Assembly: GCA_963692865.2 (NCBI GenBank)
Contig: CAXXHI010000003.1
Span: forward strand, 1 to 50,489
Reading direction: 5' to 3'
DNA from: a bacterium
GTDB taxonomy: Bacteria > UBA8248
DNA length: 50,489 nucleotides
The position numbers were made by a program, and so were the translations under genes. Below, piece by piece: positions 29,964-39,528 of this stretch; within the stretch, counting starts at the first letter, position 1; each line of letters opens with the position of its first letter. The notes under the pieces were generated by a model, which searched no databases, was not told the origin of the DNA, and saw only the letters and a list, made by a program, of their open reading frames with translations.

Positions 29964-30866
29964 ATGTCGCAGCGCGTGGGTATCGTGGGCATGGGGCTGA
30001 TGGGCCAGGCGTTCATCAAGAACTTGCGCGAGACGGGCTTCGAGGTGCAGGGCTTCGACGTGGACGCGGCCCGCATGGACGACTTGCGCGAAAAAGGCGG
30101 CCGGCCCGTCGAGACGCCCGCAGCGGCGGCCGGCGGCGTGAACTTCGTCGTCACCTCCCTGCCCACCAGCGGCGTCGCGCGCGAGGCGGTTCTGGGCGCG
30201 GGCGGAATCGCCGAGGGCGCGAAGGAGGGCCTCTACCTGCTCGACACGACGACCTCGCGTCCGGAGGACTCGGTCCGCCTCGCGGAGGATTTGGCCGGGC
30301 GGGGGGTCCGATTTCTCGATTCCGCCGTGAGCGGGACGAGCGCGATGGCGGTAGAGAAGGATCTGGTGGTCATCGCGGGCGGCGAGGCGGAGGATTTCGA
30401 CGCCTGCCGCGCCGTCTTCGCGGGCTTCAGCCGGGCGGCCTACCACATGGGGCCGGTGGGTTCGGGCGCGCGGACGAAGCTGGTCATCAACATGATCCTG
30501 GCGGGCAACCGGCTCGCCCTGGCCGAGGGGCTGATGCTCGGCACGAAGGTGGGCCTCGAGATGGACACCCTGCTGGAGGTGCTCAAGGACGGCGCGTGCT
30601 TCTCCAAGACGATGATCGACAAGGGACCCAAGATGATCCGCGCGGACTACTCGAAGCAGGGCCAGGTGAAGACCTCGCTCAAGGATTCGCGCCTCATGCT
30701 GGAGCAGGGCCGCCTCCACGGCTCGCCCATGCTGCTGACGAACCTGTGGTACCAGGTCGCGCAGATGGCCTACGAGCGGGGCTACGGCGAGGAGGACACC
30801 GTCGCCTTCTTCGAGGTGCTGCGCGAGATGGGCGGCCTGCCTTCGAGGATTGACAATCCCGACTGA
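29964..30866 (+). CDS. Beta-hydroxyacid dehydrogenase (3-hydroxyisobutyrate dehydrogenase family)
   Basis: VGIVGMGLMG, LDSAVSG, G.GARTKLVIN motifs; AGGAG RBS. Confidence 0.92.
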   Translation: MSQRVGIVGMGLMGQAFIKNLRETGFEVQGFDVDAARMDDLREKGGRPVETPAAAAGGVNFVVTSLPTSGVAREAVLGAGGIAEGAKEGLYLLDTTTSRPEDSVRLAEDLAGRGVRFLDSAVSGTSAMAVEKDLVVIAGGEAEDFDACRAVFAGFSRAAYHMGPVGSGARTKLVINMILAGNRLALAEGLMLGTKVGLEMDTLLEVLKDGACFSKTMIDKGPKMIRADYSKQGQVKTSLKDSRLMLEQGRLHGSPMLLTNLWYQVAQMAYERGYGEEDTVAFFEVLREMGGLPSRIDNPD

Positions 30867-31386
30867 GGAGGGAGGGATGGCAGGGGCCGTTCGGGAACGG
30901 CCCTTGCCGGAAGGGCAGACGCGCCGAATTGCGCGGATATGCGGGGAGACGCGCTCAATTCGGCGCAAATGCGGGCAAATGCGCCGCTCGAAAATTTCTT
31001 TGACTCCGTATTTGAGTCGCCTGCGCTCAGGTTTGTATCCATATCCCTTTTATTACAATGACTTGCGCTGGTTTCCCGCGCCCGTTTTTTATCGAAAAAC
31101 CCCGTGAATTTATCCAAATTTATCGTATTTTTCACTAATTTATCGAAATTCACGGCATGGCCGTCGGCGCGCGCCGGTTCCGGCTGATGCGGGTCGGCCC
31201 CGACCGGTAAGGATGCGTTCGCCGTCTTCATTTTCGCCCCGACGCCCGATTCCATGAAAAAGCCTCCGCTCCATTCCGGCCGATACGGGAAAACCGTTTC
31301 CCCGCGCCGCGCGCACGATACCGCAGCACGGGGTTTCGGGGCGTATCGCAATTGCGGGGAAATGCGGGGTCAGACGCGGTTGATGA

Positions 31387-31523
31387 GGGGTTGTTGAAAA
31401 ACCCCTCGTCGGGGGCATTGCCTTTACCCCCCTGACAAGGGGGGGTTGGTTCCGACGAGGACATGTTCAACAACCCTCGTAGGGGCGGACCCGCGTGTCC
31501 GCCCGGCAACCCGCGAGCCGCCC
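31387..31523. repeat. Short TIR-family element plus GTAG REP
   Basis: GGGGTTGTTGAAAAACCCCTCGTCGG ... CCGACGAGGACATGTTCAACAACCC, followed by GTAGGGGCGGAC..GTCCGCCC. Confidence 0.65.
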
Positions 31524-31696
31524 GCGCTCTTCGGGTTGCCGTCGTTCCGGCGTCGTTTCCGCCCGGGGAGGGATCGTTTCCGGCGTTTTTGATGCGTTCG
31601 GGTGAAAATTCACGTTGTTGACAGAGAACAAATAGCGATATAAATCAGAAAAAAATACTCCGTCCCCACCTGATAATGAATGAAATGAGATGATTC

Positions 31697-32977
31697 TTGG
31701 AGCAAGGGAAATTCGAGTTCAGATGCCCGATTTACGGGTTCGTCGCCCTCTCTGAATGGGAGAGGGATATCATTTCCTAGCCGGCGTTTCAGAGACTGAG
31801 GCGCATCGGCCAGCTCGCCTTTACGAACTATGTCTACCCCGGAGCAATGCACACGCGTTTCGAGCACTCGCTCGGCGTCATGCACATGGCGACGATGCTT
31901 TACGACGGGATTGTGGCTTGCTCCAGAGACCTGCTGGAAAGGACGTTCGGATATAACGACGAGGGCCTTGGGCGGCATCGCGCCCTGGTGCGATTGACGG
32001 CGCTCCTTCATGACGTCGGCCATTCCCCGTTTTCGCATGCCGGAGAAGAAATCTTTCCGAGCAAATAGGATTCCGAATCGGGAAAACCGTATGCGCATGA
32101 AGAGTATTCCGCAGCGGTCATACGCAATCGTTTTGCGGATGTCATCGACAGCCATCGCGCGAATAACAATTACGGGTTTACCGCCGATGATGTCGCTGCC
32201 CTTCTGGAAGGAAGCGCAGACACCGAAAGCGCGCTGTTTTGGCGTGGTCTTGTAACGAGCCAGATGGATGCGGACCGGATTGATTACCTGCTTAGAGATT
32301 CTCATCATGCGGGAGTCGACTACGGCCGTTTCGATTGGCGGCGCCTTGTTCAAACCGTCGAGGCGGTTCCGGGTGTGCGAGGCGGGAGTCCGGCCCTCGG
32401 GGTGTCCGAGGGCGGGTTGCACGCGGCGGAAGGCTTGATTCTCGCGCGCTATTTCATGTTCACCCAGGTCTATTTCCATAAAACCCGCGTCGTCTACGAT
32501 CATCATCTCAAGGAAGCGCTCAAGGAAATTCTTCCCGGGGAGCGCTTTCCGCCGCCCACTCCGGATCGCCTTGGTGAATATCTCGATTGGGACGATTGGC
32601 GGGTCTTGGGCGCTCTGAAAAATGGCGAGGGCGGCGAACATGGCCGGCGAATTCTCGAACGGGATCATTGCCGGGAAGTATGGCATACGCCCGAGATGCC
32701 TGATACGAAAGACAAAAAGGAGTTGGCGGAGAAGAAGAGTAAATTGGGTGAACTGCTCGTCGCTGAGATTCCGGCGAAAAAATCCTGGTACAATACAGGA
32801 AGTTCCGATATTCCTGTTTTCACGGAAACTCCCGCTCGCGAGCGAAAACCGCTTTCTTCTTTTTCGTCTGTTGCGAGCAGCATTCAACCGATTCATCAGA
32901 TTCGATTATACGTGAAAGCCGAAGATCGGGAAAAAGCCAATCGGAGGCTGAGAGATAGGGGGAGCGACAATGGATGA
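31697..32977 (+). pseudogene. HD-domain dNTP triphosphohydrolase-like gene (copy 2), interrupted by two in-frame TAG codons
   Basis: One frame from TTG 31697 reads [86 protein letters not shown] at 31778-31780 and 32066-32068; no frameshift. Start codon uncertain. Confidence 0.88.
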
Positions 32978-33530
32978 TTCCGTGTGGAACAGACTGGGCC
33001 TGATTTGCAGCTTGGTTGAGAAGAGCGAAGGACGAGCCGGGCGAACCGCGCTGATGAAATTCGCTTATTTCTTGAAGGAACTCAAGGGCGTCCCGCTCGA
33101 CTACCGCTTTACGCTTTACACCTACGGCCCTTTCGATTCCCGGGTGCTTGATGATTTGAGCTATGCCGAGTTCTTGAAAGGGGTGGAAAGTTCTCTGGTT
33201 CGTTTTTCCGGCGGGTATGGTTATGAGTATTCACTCGCTCCCAAAGGTGAAGAATTAAAGAAGCACGCTCAAGATTTTCTGACGAAATATGATGATAAGA
33301 TTGAGTCGGTGGTCCAAGAGTTCGGCTCCAGGACCGCGGGTGAACTGGAGATGATTAGTACAATCATCTATATAGGCCGGAGCGCCAGAGAGCGGGAATC
33401 TTTCCATTCAATGGATGGACTTTCTCAAAAAGTCGTCGGAGTCAAACCTTACCTCGATTTCGATGATGTCCGTGAGGAAACCGAGAATCTACATGGGCGC
33501 GGATATCTTCAAGCCATTGGCGCGCAATGA
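32970..33530 (+). CDS. YwgA-like / DUF4065-related protein (copy 2)
   Basis: GRTALMKFAYFL..GVPL.Y.F.LY.YGPF, LEMISTI.Y and VKP motifs align with 12728..13267; overlaps the HD stop. Confidence 0.78.
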   Translation: MDDSVWNRLGLICSLVEKSEGRAGRTALMKFAYFLKELKGVPLDYRFTLYTYGPFDSRVLDDLSYAEFLKGVESSLVRFSGGYGYEYSLAPKGEELKKHAQDFLTKYDDKIESVVQEFGSRTAGELEMISTIIYIGRSARERESFHSMDGLSQKVVGVKPYLDFDDVREETENLHGRGYLQAIGAQ

Positions 33531-33673
33531 CGGACAATCTGTTTATGCAGGGGCGGACATAGGTGTCCGCCCGCGCTGCTTCTCCGAAGAGGAGAGCCTG
33601 CGTATTTATCCGTGGGAGTGAGAAGGTGAAAAGGTCATAGGGACGCAGGGGCAACCCACGAGCCGCCCATGAA

Positions 33674-36600
33674 TCAGTCCCAAAGCCAGTCCAAGTCCGA
33701 AAATGCGAGATCTCTCCCGAAGTTCTGTATGTTGTCCCGCACGTTGAGAATCAAGCAGCGGTCATTGCCGCCGTTCTTGATGCCTCTCAGACCTCTGCCA
33801 ATCATCTGGAAATAGAGATTCGGGCTGTAGACCGGACGCGCCACAATGATGGCCCGTGTCTTGGGAGCATCGAAACCCTCACGGAATACCCCATAATTCA
33901 CGAGCGCTTTAATACTACCACCCCGAAATTCCTCTACCACCCTGCGACGTGTTGAAGTCTCCGTTTCTCCGCTCACGGCTCTCGCCTTTATACCTCTCGC
34001 GTTCAAGAGCGCCGCTACTGTCTTTGCGTGCTCAACAGATGTCGCAAAGATGAGAGTGGGCCAATTCGGATTGACATACTTTTCGTATGCTTCGACGATC
34101 CGCTTAGTGCGCTCTGCATCTTCCGCGATACGCGCTTCCACGCTTTGGGGGAGCCACCAGGGAACACGTTGCATTTCCTGCAATTCGTCTTCGTTCAGGA
34201 CAAATTCTCCCCCTTCAATAGTTTCGTGATCGGCGCGTGCGAGTACGCCCATATTTTGTAATTCGCCGATGACATCCTGCGGGTTATCGCTTTCGAACGC
34301 CCCCGCATCCAGCCGATTGCTCCCGTAACGTCTGGCCAGCCAAGCCGTTTCCTCTTCGTTGTATCCACGATATGGCGTTGCGGTGAGGCCGAGAAGAAAC
34401 GGCTCGTTCGCTTCCTGCCGCCGAGTCAAACCGATATCCTGCATGACTGAAGTGAAAGTCGGGGCAATCGATCTATGCGCCTCATCGAAAACGACGAGAT
34501 TAAAATCCGTTAGAAAATCGTACTCTGTGGCCTGATTCAAGAGTCTGGCGTTGAGTGTCTGGATAGTCGCGACGACAATATGGAGATCGCTCGTCGGCAG
34601 GGGTCTGGGCTGCCCGGCCCACATTCTGGAGATACGCAAAAACGACCCATTTGCGCCGATACTATACCAAGCCTGCCGCCATGCTTCGACTGCCTGTTCG
34701 CACAACTCGTCGCGATCCGCGACCCAAAGGATTCCACCTTTGAAAGCGTCATCACGCATCGCTTCGACAATCGCCTGCACCGCGACGCGCGTTTTGCCCG
34801 ACCCTGTGGGCATGCTAATCATGCCGCGCCGTTCGTTGCCGTTTACACGGCCGTTACGGAACATGGATCGTACCTTATCGACGATGTTTCGCTGATAACC
34901 ATGGAGTGGCGGGAGCGAGTAAGGTCCCTCAATTTCGAGAAATGGATCGCGGCGTCGGTTTCGCTCTCCCGCCCATTCGGCCGAGAATCCAAGCGAAAGA
35001 ACAAAATCAATAGCAGGTTTTAGACCGGCCCATTTCTTCGGCGGGTTCAATTGATCCAGAGCCCATCGATATTGTCTCAGAGCGTCCGAGTGATACGTCG
35101 CTATGGCGGCTTCGGCAATATCTACACCAGACAACGTACTATTATCGCTCTCGAGTATGGCGAGCAACGAATTGGGTAAACCCCGGCGGAGATTTTGCTC
35201 TCCTACCGCTTTCAGAAGGCGTGCAGGGTCAGTTGAACATTTCCTTATCTCGGCACGTCGCTCTTCGATTTCTATTCTAGTTTTGTATTGTAATATCTTA
35301 TCAAGTTGATATTCATGGAGTTTCAGGTCCTCACAGACAAGGCGCAGTTCCTTGCGTTCGTCGTCCGTGCGGGCCACATAGATGTTGGGAGCTTGAAAAA
35401 ACCGCTCTGATTCGCTGCCGCCGATAAGAATTTTTTCACAGCGTATGAGTTGATAAGTTTTCCACTGCCAATGTTCGAGGCCAAAATGCTCCTCCAACCC
35501 CGGCCAGATGTCGAGTAGGGGGATCGGGTATTCTTCGCCGATGAGTTCTGGCGTTGGTTCCGCCAGATTGAGCGCTTTCTTAATCTTGTCGGCCTTGGAG
35601 TGATTCAGCAATGTATGCAACGCTGCCGGGTTTTTGGGCTGCGGCCCGAGTGCGTCTGCGAGCGGGACGATACCGTCAGAGGTTCGAACTCGCCCATGTT
35701 CAAGCAACATCTGAAGGGCTGGCGATTCGAAAGGCAATTTTCCATAGGCGTCTTGGGTGTCGTGCCGCATCGTCCACTTCTCATAAGTGGCGTCGAGCGA
35801 CAGCAAGGCATCTGTGTATAACGTCTTGCTTTCCTCGGAAAGAGCGGTTAGGACTCTGAGCGGACCGCTTCCTTTTGTTGATTCAAAATTCAAATGAGAG
35901 CGAAGGGGATTTCTGGGCGAGACTTTTCTGAGGAATTTCTCGCGGCATTCGGACTGGAAGTTCCCACGCTGTAGTTCTGGCCACAAGTCGTATTTCTCGT
36001 GCGGCGCATCTGTCACGCCGAGATTACACAACAGTTCAATGTCAAGTTCATGAAAATCTACGTTCACGGTGGCATTATTATCCCGGCTCCCGTCCCCGGG
36101 GATAATATCGCCGGGCAGCAATACGGCGTGGCGTGGTCGCCAGTCGCCGGATCGCGTCCTCACGTGGAGTTTTAACTTCCAGTCCCTATGCTCGCGAATG
36201 ATGTCATGGGCTATTTCCCCTACTTTGCGTGCCTGCTCCCAAAATTCAGTCCAGGGATTTGTGTTCGCCCCCATGTTGCTATTCAGAACCTTCTCTGCGA
36301 TGAGCCTAAAGATGCTTTCGGGCGATGGTGGTTTTATGCCCAGTTTTTTCAACGCTGCTAACGTGTCCGTGTCTGCCACCAGTCGCCAGTGGACACGTGA
36401 CTCTGGAGGCTCTAGGGAGTGGTGGTCATTGGCTAACTCTTCTGGCAAGAATAGATGTTCGGGGTCCGGCTCCCTCCATTCATCGCTTGCCGTCCGGATA
36501 ATGCTGCCAAGTTTATGCTGTGTTGCTCTAATCTCAGGCGAGATCAGAGCAGCCGTCTGGATAGCCGCTTTAGCAGCTTCAATGATTTTGTCGGGATCTT

Positions 36601-38098
36601 GTTTTCTTGTAAGAGATTTTAGCCATTTGGCGATAGTGGCTCTGGGGACTCCGTCTGCCGTCGAGCTAGGTGGTTCGCCTTCTGGATGAAATAGTCTGTT
36701 GATAGTAGAGAACCGAATGCGTGAGAGAGCTCTATGGTGGAGCCAGTTGGGGGGTCGGTCCGAATACGCCGCCCACCGGTCGAGAGCCTCTCTGTCTTTC
36801 CGGCGGTCCACGGTCAATTCCTTCGGGGGATACGAAATTTCCGAGGTAGCGCGTAGTTTCCCTTTCTGATCCGGGATAACTTCGCGGCCGTAAAGATTGG
36901 AAAACAGGTGTTTGCGAAGCCGGTCAGCCTCTTCTGAGTCACCCGGTTCATGTCGACGGGGCAACGCGTCAAGATGGCGAGCGGGGTCGGTTTGCGTCGT
37001 CAGTTCCGACAATTCGTCGGCGATCATCTTCGCCGCTACCCCGATCATTTCGTTGTTGTATATGCCGGGCAAGAGATTCTGCCGATCCTCATTCGTTTTC
37101 CAAGGCGCGTTCAGAATGCCAGCGACAAGGCTTGCCGTTTTTGTAGGGAAGAAGGCCCAGAATACGCCTGGATCGGTCAAGTGATCGAGTGGCACAGCCC
37201 ACCAGATCGGTACCTCGTCGCCGTCGCCTTGCGAACTTTTATCCGCTTGGGCATTACTCGACAACTGATGGGTGCGTCTGAATAGCTTCCACTTGCTGGT
37301 CGTCTCTCCATCAGTGAGACGATATTCACCATCTACATTTTTGAGTTCTAGAGTTCGATTGAGGATATCCCATGGGCCGTTATCCTTGAGCTTCAATTGG
37401 CGAACGTGCTCGACAAATAAAAGAAACTCCGGCGGGAATTCGCTCATTTGCTCACTGAGGTGGCCGTGCGCGCCGGTTTTTAGCCGAAGACGCACGATGT
37501 TCGTCGCCCAACTCATGAGTTGGCGGAGAATATTGTCCCTCTCGCAATTTTCAACAGGATCGATGGGATCGGCCAAGCGCAGCACCGGATAGTGTTCGGC
37601 ATCCGGCACGACCTGCCGAATGCACTCGCGGGTGCGACCACGATCAAACCGGAACGAACCTGAGCGGCTGAAAAATTCCGGGGAATCGGTGACGCCGAGA
37701 ACAGACTTGAAACCAAGACCGAACCTCCCGATCTGGCTGGCTTCCCGTTTGGGCGACATATTCGAAAACATGAGTGCCGTTACACCGGCCTCGTCGATTG
37801 TTTCTCCATCATCTGCGCAGTAGAGATAAGCCTCGGTCAAATGAATCTCGATACGTCCGCCGCCCGGTTTGCCGGCCAAAGCATCGGCGCTGTTCTGTAC
37901 CAGTTCGAACAACTGGCGATGAGCGTAGCCGCCACGTGTCGTGCCTTCTTCAAGGTTGGCGTGCTCACCCACTAAATGGGGTTGTTCGCCATAGGCACTG
38001 AGGGTTTTTTGCGATTCCTCGGCGATATAGGAACCTAGTTCTCCATCCATTCCGGCCCAATTGACCGTTTGTGTTGGGTCATTCTCATGTTTGAGCAT
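33674..38098 (-). CDS. Sacsin-type GHKL ATPase fused to an SF2 DEAH (ResIII-like) helicase, 1,474 aa
   Basis: N-terminal ELVQNSADA, ADDG, IGRFGLGFKSV; C-terminal MPTGSGKT, DEAH, GLTATP, EGFDAP, QMIGRGLR; GAGGA RBS before ATG 38098. Confidence 0.9.
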   Translation of the reverse strand: MLKHENDPTQTVNWAGMDGELGSYIAEESQKTLSAYGEQPHLVGEHANLEEGTTRGGYAHRQLFELVQNSADALAGKPGGGRIEIHLTEAYLYCADDGETIDEAGVTALMFSNMSPKREASQIGRFGLGFKSVLGVTDSPEFFSRSGSFRFDRGRTRECIRQVVPDAEHYPVLRLADPIDPVENCERDNILRQLMSWATNIVRLRLKTGAHGHLSEQMSEFPPEFLLFVEHVRQLKLKDNGPWDILNRTLELKNVDGEYRLTDGETTSKWKLFRRTHQLSSNAQADKSSQGDGDEVPIWWAVPLDHLTDPGVFWAFFPTKTASLVAGILNAPWKTNEDRQNLLPGIYNNEMIGVAAKMIADELSELTTQTDPARHLDALPRRHEPGDSEEADRLRKHLFSNLYGREVIPDQKGKLRATSEISYPPKELTVDRRKDREALDRWAAYSDRPPNWLHHRALSRIRFSTINRLFHPEGEPPSSTADGVPRATIAKWLKSLTRKQDPDKIIEAAKAAIQTAALISPEIRATQHKLGSIIRTASDEWREPDPEHLFLPEELANDHHSLEPPESRVHWRLVADTDTLAALKKLGIKPPSPESIFRLIAEKVLNSNMGANTNPWTEFWEQARKVGEIAHDIIREHRDWKLKLHVRTRSGDWRPRHAVLLPGDIIPGDGSRDNNATVNVDFHELDIELLCNLGVTDAPHEKYDLWPELQRGNFQSECREKFLRKVSPRNPLRSHLNFESTKGSGPLRVLTALSEESKTLYTDALLSLDATYEKWTMRHDTQDAYGKLPFESPALQMLLEHGRVRTSDGIVPLADALGPQPKNPAALHTLLNHSKADKIKKALNLAEPTPELIGEEYPIPLLDIWPGLEEHFGLEHWQWKTYQLIRCEKILIGGSESERFFQAPNIYVARTDDERKELRLVCEDLKLHEYQLDKILQYKTRIEIEERRAEIRKCSTDPARLLKAVGEQNLRRGLPNSLLAILESDNSTLSGVDIAEAAIATYHSDALRQYRWALDQLNPPKKWAGLKPAIDFVLSLGFSAEWAGERNRRRDPFLEIEGPYSLPPLHGYQRNIVDKVRSMFRNGRVNGNERRGMISMPTGSGKTRVAVQAIVEAMRDDAFKGGILWVADRDELCEQAVEAWRQAWYSIGANGSFLRISRMWAGQPRPLPTSDLHIVVATIQTLNARLLNQATEYDFLTDFNLVVFDEAHRSIAPTFTSVMQDIGLTRRQEANEPFLLGLTATPYRGYNEEETAWLARRYGSNRLDAGAFESDNPQDVIGELQNMGVLARADHETIEGGEFVLNEDELQEMQRVPWWLPQSVEARIAEDAERTKRIVEAYEKYVNPNWPTLIFATSVEHAKTVAALLNARGIKARAVSGETETSTRRRVVEEFRGGSIKALVNYGVFREGFDAPKTRAIIVARPVYSPNLYFQMIGRGLRGIKNGGNDRCLILNVRDNIQNFGRDLAFSDLDWLWD

Positions 38099-38289
38099 GT
38101 TGTCCTCGTGGCAAGGATATTCATGGGAATGATTCATTAAGATAAAATCATTCCCGGTCGCATCCCGCCAACATACCGAGCCTTTCCTCACGTGGCAAGA
38201 TAATTCACGATCATGAAAAACCACCGGGCAACTCGCGAGCCGCCCCTGCGACGGCTTTTCCCTTTTCGCGGGCGAGCCGCAATCCCCCC

Positions 38290-39228
38290 TCAGCCCAACG
38301 CCTTCGGATACGGCTCGAAAAGGGTCTGCGCTTCCAGATATTCCGATCCCAAGCGCGCGGTCCACTCTCGGAGGGTTTCAAGCGGCCCACCCAGCGGGAT
38401 TCTCCCCTCCCGGTATGCTTCGAGCGCGTCGAGAAAGCGTCTTTTTTCTTCATTGGTGATTTTCTCCGATAGATGCCCCATGGCGTGGGTGAGGGCGTTC
38501 ACCCATGAGGCTTGGCCGGGCGTGCGGGCGAGGAGCCGCAAGAGCGCGCTTTCGTAAGCGGAGGCGACCTCGCTGAAGGCGCGTTTATCAAAGTTCGCGG
38601 CGACCCGCCCCATCTCGCGCATGGTCTCCTGATCAAATGCCAGGAACAGGAGTTTGTTCTCCGCGTGGTAGCGGGCGAGGCTGTCGATGCGGCCTGATTC
38701 CCTGGCTTCGCGGAAGGCGGCGAGCGCGAAGATTCTGGTGAGGAAACCCGCGCGAACTTGCCTGTCGTTCAGACCGGCCTCGTCTACGAACGCGAGGGCG
38801 CCGAACGCTTCGAGCGCGGCTCCGGCGAACAGGCCCGGCCCCTGGGCGATTTGCTCATCCGAGTCGGGAGCGGGGAATATCCTGGCGTCGGCGATCGCGC
38901 AGGACGGCGATTTCGCCTTGAGGATAAAGCCGTCGACTTCTTCGAGATTCTCAAGAAACAATCTGGAAAAAGCGTTCATGTCCCGAGTCAGGTGTCTCTT
39001 CGTGCTGGGCTGATAGAGGCGTTTCCTCCCGCCTTGCAGGTGGATTCGTATCGGGTCCCTCGGCGTGCCGAGGCCGATCTCCACCTCGGGGCAGACGGGC
39101 CGGAAGCGCACGTGGGGTTTCAGGCGCTCGACGAAGGATGAGGAGATGCGCTCGCCGTTGTAGCGGCACGCCTCGAACTCCAGGCACTTGCTCACCACGA
39201 CGACGGGTTTGGCGAACGCGCGGTTCAT
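38290..39228 (-). CDS. DUF523 + DUF1722 (YbgA-like; 2-thiouracil desulfurase-related) protein
   Basis: VS.CL...CRYNG, VCPEVEIGLGTPR, ILK.KSPSC, YL..QT.FEPYP motifs. Confidence 0.88.
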   Translation of the reverse strand: MNRAFAKPVVVVSKCLEFEACRYNGERISSSFVERLKPHVRFRPVCPEVEIGLGTPRDPIRIHLQGGRKRLYQPSTKRHLTRDMNAFSRLFLENLEEVDGFILKAKSPSCAIADARIFPAPDSDEQIAQGPGLFAGAALEAFGALAFVDEAGLNDRQVRAGFLTRIFALAAFREARESGRIDSLARYHAENKLLFLAFDQETMREMGRVAANFDKRAFSEVASAYESALLRLLARTPGQASWVNALTHAMGHLSEKITNEEKRRFLDALEAYREGRIPLGGPLETLREWTARLGSEYLEAQTLFEPYPKALG

Positions 39229-39292
39229 CGCCTCTCTCACAAGTTGATGGGCGCGGCGGCGATGCGCATCGTGAGTTCCGGGGCGGCTATTC

Positions 39293-39514
39293 GGGGCTGT
39301 TGAAAAAGCCTCGGCGGAGGGACATGGCTTCTACTCCCCTGATGCGAGAGGGCTTGCCGGGTGACGGGGAAGAGGCGACCCTCCAGCATCAATCGTGCTT
39401 CGCCTGTAGGGGCCGCATATATTCGGCCCATGACGGGCGGCTAAAAAAGGCCGGGTCGCATATATGCGACCCCTACAACCTCCCTGCTGGTCAGAGGAAT
39501 ATTTTAACAATCCC
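39293..39514. repeat. Degenerate TIR-family element containing a GTAG REP doublet
   Basis: GGGGCTGTTGAAAAAG ... TTTTAACAATCCC with internal GTAGGGGCCGCATAT / GGGTCGCATATATGCGACCCCTAC. Confidence 0.55.
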
Positions 39515-39528
39515 ACTTGGGAACCCGC

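Noticed and set aside
31088-31150. Replication origin (TTATCCAAA resembles a DnaA box)
   Set aside because: Only one near-match, and no dnaA/dnaN/gidA context.
30782-31255. 157-aa minus-strand ORF with a GGAGG RBS
   Set aside because: No motif, runs through REP and AT-rich repeat DNA and overlaps the dehydrogenase 3' end; cannot be supported as a gene.
31618-31644. Sigma-70 promoter TTGACA..TATAAA for HD copy 2
   Set aside because: The -35 is perfect but the spacer is only 15 bp; too uncertain to list.
31610-32896. Uninterrupted 428-aa minus-strand ORF over the amber-containing HD gene
   Set aside because: It is the antisense mirror of the HD frame; all conserved motifs are on the plus strand.
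38099-38365. N-terminal extension of the helicase ORF
   Set aside because: Overlaps the DUF523 gene end and a REP; the ATG at 38098 has a good RBS.
38290-39228. Selenoprotein candidates near selC (DUF523 and CMD-family genes)
   Set aside because: The DUF523 Cys motifs are ordinary Cys codons, the CMD protein has no CxxC, and I found no in-frame TGA with continuing homology.
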